A program made the position numbers and the translations under genes. Positions 1-9,000 of a DNA stretch of 64,000 nucleotides are shown here, piece by piece (the first letter of the stretch is position 1; each line of letters starts with the position of its first letter). Source of the DNA: an uncultured Victivallales bacterium (GTDB lineage Bacteria; Verrucomicrobiota; Lentisphaeria; Victivallales; UBA1829); contig CALXRL010000052.1 in the NCBI GenBank assembly GCA_944390735.1, positions 52,143 to 116,142 on the forward strand, given 5' to 3'. A model generated the notes under the pieces. The model did not search any database and was not told the DNA's origin. It saw only the letters and a program-made list of their open reading frames with translations.

Positions 1-3000
1 CGAATGTTCCTGCGAGATTTTTTCGGACATAATCCATAGCGGCTTCTATCGCCGTCATCCCGTTTCCTGCTTTAATTGCATTGGCTGGAACTTGTGCAAC
101 GGTTTCCTTTTTCAGCCGTTCCGCGGCTTCCTCTATTCTTGATTCTTCCTCATGTGCAGAGAGCTTCACATCATCGGTTTCTTTTTCTTCGACGTAAATA
201 TCAGCTTCCGCCTCGAATTCGGCGCCTTTGATGTAATCGCGAAGCGACGGTTTTTTCGAAATGCGGCGTGTTGATTTTTCATCTGTTTTCAGTTCCCGGA
301 TCAGTTCCGCCTGTTCCGCAATCGCCTTTTTGAGTTTTTCCTGATACGGGAAGCCTTTTGCGATCTCCTGATCGTTGTTATTGATCCGCGCCTGTATCAA
401 TGGGATTTCCTTCTTCAGATGATCCAGTTCTTCTTCCTTTGATGCGATCAGAGACGTAAGACTGTTCAGAAGTCCCGTTCCAGTTCCGATGTCGGGACTT
501 CCCTGCCGGATACTGGTTGGACCGAGATTTTCTTCCAGTTCGTAGCCAAGATTCTTGTACAAATCTTTTTCGCGGACATGGAATTTGAGTCCGATACCGT
601 TTAATTTCAGAGTAAACTGATGTCCATCCCGTTCATTGAGAGCGCGCTTGATCTGATGATCCAGCAGTTCAGCAATTTTTTTCCGATCCGCGTTCACGCG
701 GTTTCCGAGATACTCCAGCGAGATATTCTCCTTGAACGATACGTCACCATATATCCGGATGAACTCCTCGACCTTTTTGATGGCATTTTTATAAAAGTCA
801 AGATTTCGATACTGGACGATATTATCATTTTGCAGTTGTCGGATGTTCCGATTGCTCTGGTCTTTCAGGGCGTTGAGTTTTTTCACTTCAGCATCGACTT
901 CCACTTTCCGCATTGCCTTTGGATTTCCGGAAATCATTGCGGCGAAGGATGCGTAATCCATAGAGTCTTCAGATTCTTCCGCCTCCTGAGAACTGCCACC
1001 GCGTCCTCTCATAACGGACTTTATGAATTTGTCTTTTCTTGCCAGGGTCTGATAAAGTCCAGCGTCCAGGGTTTCTTCGACAGCATAATTTAATATTTCG
1101 ACAGGCGAGATGGTATTTCCCTGTCTGATGATTCGACCGTTTCTCTGCTCCATGTCAGCGGGCCGAGCGGGAGCATCCAGATGATGGAGACATGCCAGTC
1201 TTTCCTGCATGTTCACCCCGATGCCAAGACGCTCTGTTGAACCCATAATCACGCGGATTTCTCCGCGATTCACCTTTGCGAACGTCTCTTCTTTCTGTTT
1301 ATCGGTCTTGAGTTCCGTGGCAATCGCAATTTCCTCCGCTGGGATACCACGTTTGACCAGCTTCTGTTTGAGTTCCTCGTATGCATTGAATTTCCCGCCA
1401 GGAGTCTGGTACAAATCAAAGAACACCGCCTGAGCGCCCTTGACTTTTTCATATTCCTTATATTTCTTCGCAATTTCCTCTGCTGCCCGGTTCAGTTTTG
1501 ATCCGGGATCATCCGGAAGATTCTCGTCCACCAGACGCAAATCAATACTTGCTTTCTTTGCCAGAGTATGGACGATAAGGGGAACCGGATTTTTAATTTT
1601 CTCATCTTTCGGCAATCCTTCATACCACGAATAAAGATCAAGGAGGTAGTTCATAAATTTTTTCATTGACTCACTTCGTTTTATCTGAATCAACTGAGCG
1701 CCTCCGCCTTTTACAGGAGGACGAGGAACTCCCTTCAGATCTTCGGAAAGTATGATGTCAGCCACAGCGCCGAACATTTTTCCCAGTTCTTCAATATTGT
1801 TGTACTGCGCAAATCGTTCCACAATGCGGAATCGTCCGGCCGCATCAATTTCCATTCCCTGAACGGTCTGGGTAAACAGCGAAGCGAATCTGTCAAATGT
1901 TTCCACTCCGAAATCTTCCAGTGCTTTCGGGGAAAGATAGCGCACCATGTTCCAGATTTCTGTCAGGGTGTTTGTGATCGGGGTTCCGGTTGCGAAAAAG
2001 ATGTTTCTTCCTCCGGTCTTCTGCATTGTCTGCTGAATTTTCAAAAACAAGGAATACGCCCGTTTGGAACTTCCCTTGTCAAGCCCCTTCACATTCGGCA
2101 TTTTTGTTACAAATCCGTTCTTTTTATATGCGTGCGCCTCGTCAATGAAGATGGAATCGAATCCAAGTTCATCGAAATAAATCACATCATCTTTTTTTCG
2201 ATCTGCGAGAGCCTTGTTCCGTTCCTCGATTCTTTTTTTCTGTCTCTCGATATCTTTGATGATTCTTCGATTTTCATACGATCTTTCCGCCTTCAAATCC
2301 GCGATAATCTGTTCATAATCCTCAATAGCCTTGAGGTTCTGAGCCTGTTCGAACTCAGGCTTGTCCGGGATCTGATCGAAACTTGACTGTGCCATTACAA
2401 CGATATCCCAGTCGCCGGTTGCTGTTCTGCTCATGAAACGTTTTCGCTTTGCACCTTCCAGATCATTTTTGGATGCGGTGAGCACTCTTGCAGTCGGATA
2501 GAGCTTCATGATGCTTGCGGCGAACTGTTCCAACGTTGAATTCTGAACGACAATCAGGTTTTTGTGAGCCAGCTTCAACCGTTTCAGTTCCATTGCCGCT
2601 GTAATCATTTCATATGTTTTGCCGGCCCCGACGCAATGAGCGATCAACGTATTTCCCTCAAGACATCGAGACACGAGACGTTTCTGATGTTCGCGGAGTT
2701 TGAATTCCTTCCCATCCACATAATGGGCGGCGTTCGGATAGAAATCCATTTCCGGCAGCTCGTATTCCCGTTCTCTGTACACATTCATTTTTGAGTTGAA
2801 TTCTTCTTCAACAGCTTTAGCGGCCTCGGAATGGGTATTCACATAATCCTTGAATGACTGCATCATTTCCTCACGGACCTGCCGGGCCGCAAGGGAGGCT
2901 TCATTGTCTACAAGATTCTTGTCACCGACTTTCTGATAGACGATATGATTCTGAAGATTCAACGCTTTTTCCAGCACGTCGATTGCGTCGAAATTGCTTC

Positions 3001-6000
3001 CTCGGAATTTTGCTATGTCATTCCTTCTCCAGCAAGTCACGATCCAGCGGTCTGCCGCCTTGTTGTATTTGATTTTTGTTTCGACTCCGAATATGTCGTT
3101 GGCCCATGCACTGACAACCTTTTCGGGAATCCATGATGATCCCAGTTGAAATCCGATTGATCCGATCTCCTTCCGCGGCGGAAAGACTTTTTCGAGAGCC
3201 TCGACGTTTCTGAGCATTCCGTTTTCTTTTGCGATCCGGATTTTCTCAGCGATATTACCGGAAAGATATCTTCCGGCGCTTTCTATGGCGCCATTCTCCG
3301 GATTTTCGAAGAAGTTTCCTGATGCAAGGAGTTCTGCTCTTGCTTCTTCTTCCGTCATTCCTGTCAGCTCCGCAATGTATGCAGGTTGAACGGATCCGCG
3401 CATATTGACGGAAATTCTGGCGGCATCGGTTACATTTTCTGCACTTTGAGGTGTATTGACCCGGAACAGAGTCCGTTTCGTAAAAATGTCCGACTTTGAG
3501 TATACGGTCTTCTTCTTTCCGTTCTCTGCGATTTCCTTCTTGTTTTCGAGACCGCTGATTCTCAGATAATTTGGATCATCTTTCAGGATTCTGTGTTTTC
3601 TTGTATCGCTGATGTTTCCGAAATTTTTCAGATGAGCTTCATAAGCGGTATTCATCATTTTTCGGGCATGTTTCAGTTTTTCCGTTTCCCCGTCGCTTTC
3701 GAGCATCTCATGGATAACCGAATCGAATGCCCGTTTCAAACGGAGAAAGGATTTGACTTTTTCTGTCTCCCTTTCCGAAAGAGGTTTTCCGTTCTGAGTC
3801 AGTTCTTCCGTATTTCCGTCTACCGTCTGGAACAGCTTTCCGTTTTTTTCAAAGATTTCGAATTCTTTCCGTTCCTCATCCATGGAGGAATCGTCTATTT
3901 CTTCCGCAGATTTCTGTGCTCCGTAAATATTCGACCGGAGACGGTTGATTGCGTCCGGCAGTTGTTCCTCCAGTTTTCCGTTTGCAAGAAGCGTCTGGGA
4001 GTTTCCTCTGTACATGCTTCCTGTATTTGAAAGCTCTCCGAGCATCATTTCAGGATGACGGACAAAATATTCATTTACATGAACTTTTCCGGTTCCGTCG
4101 GAAGTATCTGTCTCCTGAGTATAGAGGAACGATTCTCCCTGAAAATCTGTTCCGTCCTTTTTGCGAAGGATCACAATGTCTGTAACGACGCTGGTTCCGG
4201 CATTTTTCTTGAATGCGTCTTCAGGAAGACGAATCGCTCCTACCAGGTCCGCTTTTCCGGAAAAGAATTCTCTTGCGGCGAGAGATGAATTGCTGTCAAG
4301 TGTTCCGGTGGATGTGACCGCCACCACCAGTCCGCCCGGTTTCACAGCATCGATTGCTCTTGCAAAGAAATAGTTGTGCAGACTGAATCTGGGATAATTT
4401 CTGTCATACGGTCCGTCTTTTGCGAATGGGAAATTCCCGATGACCATATCAAGGGAATTGTTCTTGACCTTTGTGTCCTGAAGTCCCCTGATTGTTACGT
4501 CGGCGAGAGGATAGAGTTTTTTCAGGATTCTTCCGCTGATGGAATCGAGTTCAACCGCGCGGAACTTTGTTTTTTCGTACAGAGAATCCGGGATAAGCCC
4601 CAGAAAATGCCCGACTCCGGCGCCGAACTCTCCGACTTTTCCTCCTTGGAATCCCAGGCGTTCAGCAAGACCCCACATATTGCGGATGACGCATCTGTCT
4701 GTATAATGGGCATTGATTGTGCTTGCGCGTGCGGCAGCGAACTCCTCCTCCGTCAGGAGTTTCTTCAACTCGTCATAATATTTGTTTCCGTATTCAAAAA
4801 CAGAAGGAAGCCCACCCCATCCGACATATCGCGCGAGCACCTTTTTTTCAGCATCCGTGGCATCCCTGTTTTCATTTTCGAGTTGTTTCAGGAGACGGAT
4901 TGCCTGGAGATTGGCATTTGTTTTTGCCGTGTCTCCTCCGGAGATGAGTTCATCCGTCTCCCGGATTCTGTGATTTGTCAGTGATTGGGTCTTCCGAACT
5001 TCGCCAGAAGTTTCAGCGGTATTCCCGGTTCCTCCGGAGCGTAATCCCTCTGGAACTCCTCTTCCGCCTTCTGATTTTCCAGCTTCTCCTGAAGTCCCAT
5101 CGGATTCGGTTCTTCCGGAAACGTCTTTTTCCACCACTGGTTGACGAACTGAACTTCCTGTTCTGTCCACCAGCTCTCTTTCAGATCGTAATCCCCGTTC
5201 CTCGTCACGGAGTCCATCGCGATTTCCTCCGCTCCTCCCGGTGGAAGATCCTGCTGATTCAGATTTTGCAGCAGACTCCATGCCTTTTCCGCCTTTTTCA
5301 GAAGATGGGTCAATATTTCTTCTGTCTGAATCAGATACAGCAGAGTTTCCTTTTCGTAGTCCGCCAGATGAATCAGCTGAGCCATTGCGAACTTGTCCTC
5401 CAGAACTCTTTCTGCTTTCGTCATTCTGCCCTCCTTTGTCTTGAACTCCCGTTTTCGGGATTTCTCCTACTATAACATGATCCCGGAGAAATTGCGAATC
5501 AGAGCTTGACTTTTCGTTTTCCAATGCTATTTTTGAATCAGAGGGGATGTCATTCATCCAGCTCTGACGTAGACCGGCTCCCAGATCGCGACGAGAAAAC
5601 GTAGGCGCGTTCTGCGTAGCTTCGGATTTGGTAGAGAACTGTCCGAACGCATCCGGTTTATTGATTTCCCATCCTGTCAACAGCCAGCTTTTCTTATTTC
5701 CATTCTCATCCAGACTCAGGATTGCTTCATACCCGTCTTTTACCAGATGAACCGTTTTATTGCCTGCCACATAACGTTCAATTTTCCCGTTTGCCAGTGC
5801 GTCGATCACATGAAGTAAGGTGTCTGTTCCGCGACGATATCCGATATGGAAAATTCCTTTTTTTTCATTTCCCCAGATCAGTGTAATATTATTTGTTCCG
5901 CCGTATTGTTCCAAATCGTTTCGCAGATTTGGTATTGTTTCCTCTTCGCTCCCTTCCACAATCTTCCGTAATGCGTCTAAAATAACGTTTTTTCTGTTTT

Positions 6001-9000
6001 CCGGAGGATTCGATACTCTTGTTTCCGCGTTTTCCGAGCGTTTTTCTACGACTTTTCTTGCAAATAGCGTTTCGATTTCGTCGATGGAGTTTCCTATGAC
6101 GGCGCGGATTTCCTGATCGAATTCTCCATCTTTATAGAGAGCGTCTTTCAAGAGTTTCAGCCAGGCGAGGAACCGTTCCAGCAGATTCGGCGTCTGCTCC
6201 CCGATTTTCCGGAGGAATGATTCTGTTCCCCCCACGCTTCCTGCGACATCGGCGATGAATTCCTCTTCCAGAGCGGCGTCATCCAGTTCGATGTAATTCC
6301 GGCTGGAATATCGTCTGTTGTAATTTTTTTTCCATTCTGCGAGCTGCTCTTCGGAAGCAAGGCGCATGACATTTTTCATCAGATTGTTGTAAGAATCCGG
6401 ATCATTCTCCCGAAGATCGTGAGTATATTCATGGAATGCAGCCGCCATCAGCGGCTTTTCGTTTTTTGTATTGAGATACAGTTTGCCTTTGTGATGGAAT
6501 CCGTCTGCCCGAAGAGTTCCCTTGAAAAATCTGACATTTTTGCCAAGTTCTTTGCGTAAGAACTCCGCCACGGCACGCTGCGAATCATCTTGCGGATCGA
6601 CAAATTCGACTTCCGCGCCATTGTAACGCTCTCGGAGAAGATGCTTCAGTCTAGTCTCTTCTTTTTCCTCTCTTGGCGTTTTCTGTGTTTCTGGTTCCGT
6701 AGTTGAAGCGGAGTCTTTTCCGGCAGTCTCCGTGTTTCTTTCCAGAATCTTCAGAGCTTCTTTTGCTTTTAGTACGCCGAGTTCCGCATCCTTGCGGACA
6801 CGATCCAGAGGCATCCGGAAATAAATGTTATCGTCCGAAGAGGTGGCCGCTTCCAGTTTTACGGTTTCAGCGGATTGTTCGTCCGGTCCATTTTCCGTTC
6901 TTCCAGAATCTCCGGCAGGATGTTCTATGGTTCTTTGTTGAAAGACTTCTGAAGAACCTCCCAGTGAATTTCCAGCTCCTTCCATTCGATTTCCCTGCTG
7001 TATGTTTTCCGGAACCTCTTTCTTCAATCCCAGCTCTTCCATCAGGATTTCTCGTTTTCCCGATCCTGCGAGATACCATTTATCCCATTCCGCCTGCTCT
7101 CTTAAAGCCTTTTTCAGGAGTTTTTCCGCGTCTTTTCCGACGTTCACTCCGAGTTTTCTTGCCGCGGCTGGATTTTTGATGGCGTCCCTGGCGGCATTGA
7201 CGGTTTCCCGGATTTCCCGGAGATGCTTTGCGGCCTGTTTCGACAACGATTTTTCGAGTTCAAGAGCGGACTCGTCGAAACCGAACAAATCGCCCTGTTC
7301 GGTTTTCGGGCGCTCTAGTGTTTTCAGAGCGTTGAGGAGCTGCCGCAATTCGTCCGTGTTCAACTCTTTTTCCTTGATTCCGACCGCTTCGATTGCCTCA
7401 TCCCCGCGAGCGATATTGGCGATTTCGGTGGCCTTTCCGTCCGGGATTTCCCCGTTTCGGTACGCGCTGTAAAGAGTGTTGCCGGCATAGCGTCCGATGG
7501 TATACCCCTGCCGTCCTTTTGCGCGGGCAAGGATTCCCTCTTTTTCGGCAGTATTTTCATCCATGTTTTCGCGGCGGACGAACTCCGCATAATCGCGGAC
7601 GTCCCCCTGCTCATCGCGGATATTGATGAGGATACCGTTTCTGCGGGCCTGATCTGCGGTTACGCCGTCGGCTTCCCGGTCGATGATGGCGTTGACGTTT
7701 TCGACGTTGTTTTTCCGAGCCAGATCGAATCGGTGATGCCCGTTAACGACAATTTTTTTCCCGTTCTTGTCTTCCCAGACGTAGAGATTTCCGGCGGTTT
7801 TGGGATCCCATGTTCCGCCGATTTTATTGGATTCGTCAACCCCGGAAACTTTGTCCGCTCTGCTTTTAAATTGGAACCGTTGCGGATCGATCTGCAAATC
7901 CTTAACCGGAATACTCTGGACCGAGTTCCCGCCGTTGACGCCGATTACATTTTTTGCCTGTTCTTCCGGCGACACTTCCTTGTCGGACGGATCGGAGGAA
8001 TCCGGAAACGGTTCCAGATTTTTCAGAGGTTTCATCCCATCCATCAGATTTTCTTTTCCCTGAGAGTCAGCGGCCGCGTCCTGTTGAATTTTTTTTGCTT
8101 CTGTGCTGTTCAGGACCCGTTTCAGATCGCGAGCTGTGTCTTTGCGGAATTTTGCAAGAGTTGCCGCAAATCCAGGCGCGCGCAGAATTGCCGGGGTGAT
8201 TCCGAATGAGACGGCCATCTGCATAAACTCTTGAGTGCTGGGCAGGGTCTGTTCGATTCGTTCTGCGAGAGTACCGTTGCTGTCGATACCTGCGACGCCG
8301 CGCAAAATATCTCCGACATACTCTTCCGCGATTTCTCCGACAGTTCCGTTCCATGCTTTTGTCCGGTTCAGAGTCCGGACGAGGCGCTGTGCCGGGAGCT
8401 TGCTCATGAGTTTCCGGTATCCCTGAACGACCTTTCTGCTGGCCCTGACGGGCAGCGCGAGTCGGAACAGTCCACCTGTTGCTTCGGAAACGACTTCGAT
8501 TCCGGTATCTGCAATTCCCGAGGACATTTCCGCACCGATATTGACATTGCGGTTGAAGGTTGGATTTCCCTGTTCATCCTCTCCGACAGTTGCGTTTGCG
8601 ATTCTCTGAGCGCCGGAAGCAAGTCCTTGAGTTGCGATCAGGGGAGAGGTTGCAGCAGTTGTTTTTGCGAAGTCCTTGAAAGCGTTTTTTGCAGACTTTC
8701 CGAAATTTCCCGGGTGGAATTTCATCAACCCTTTTGCGGTGTTTTTCCCGGCGGCTTTTGCGGCGCTTTTTCCGGCGGCTTTTGCGGCACCTTTTGCGAT
8801 TGCGCCGACGGTCCCACCAGTCAGAGCGAAATCCGCCATGAACGGCAGACTTTTTGCGGTGATTTCCCCTACGCCACCCATAAAAGAATTTCCGCGCAAC
8901 GCTTTTTCCTGTTCGTCATTGAGGAAGGCGTTGACGGTGTTCAAGTCGTTGTGATACGCGTTTTGGGCCCATGTTTCGATTTGTTGTTCGGGAGCATCGG

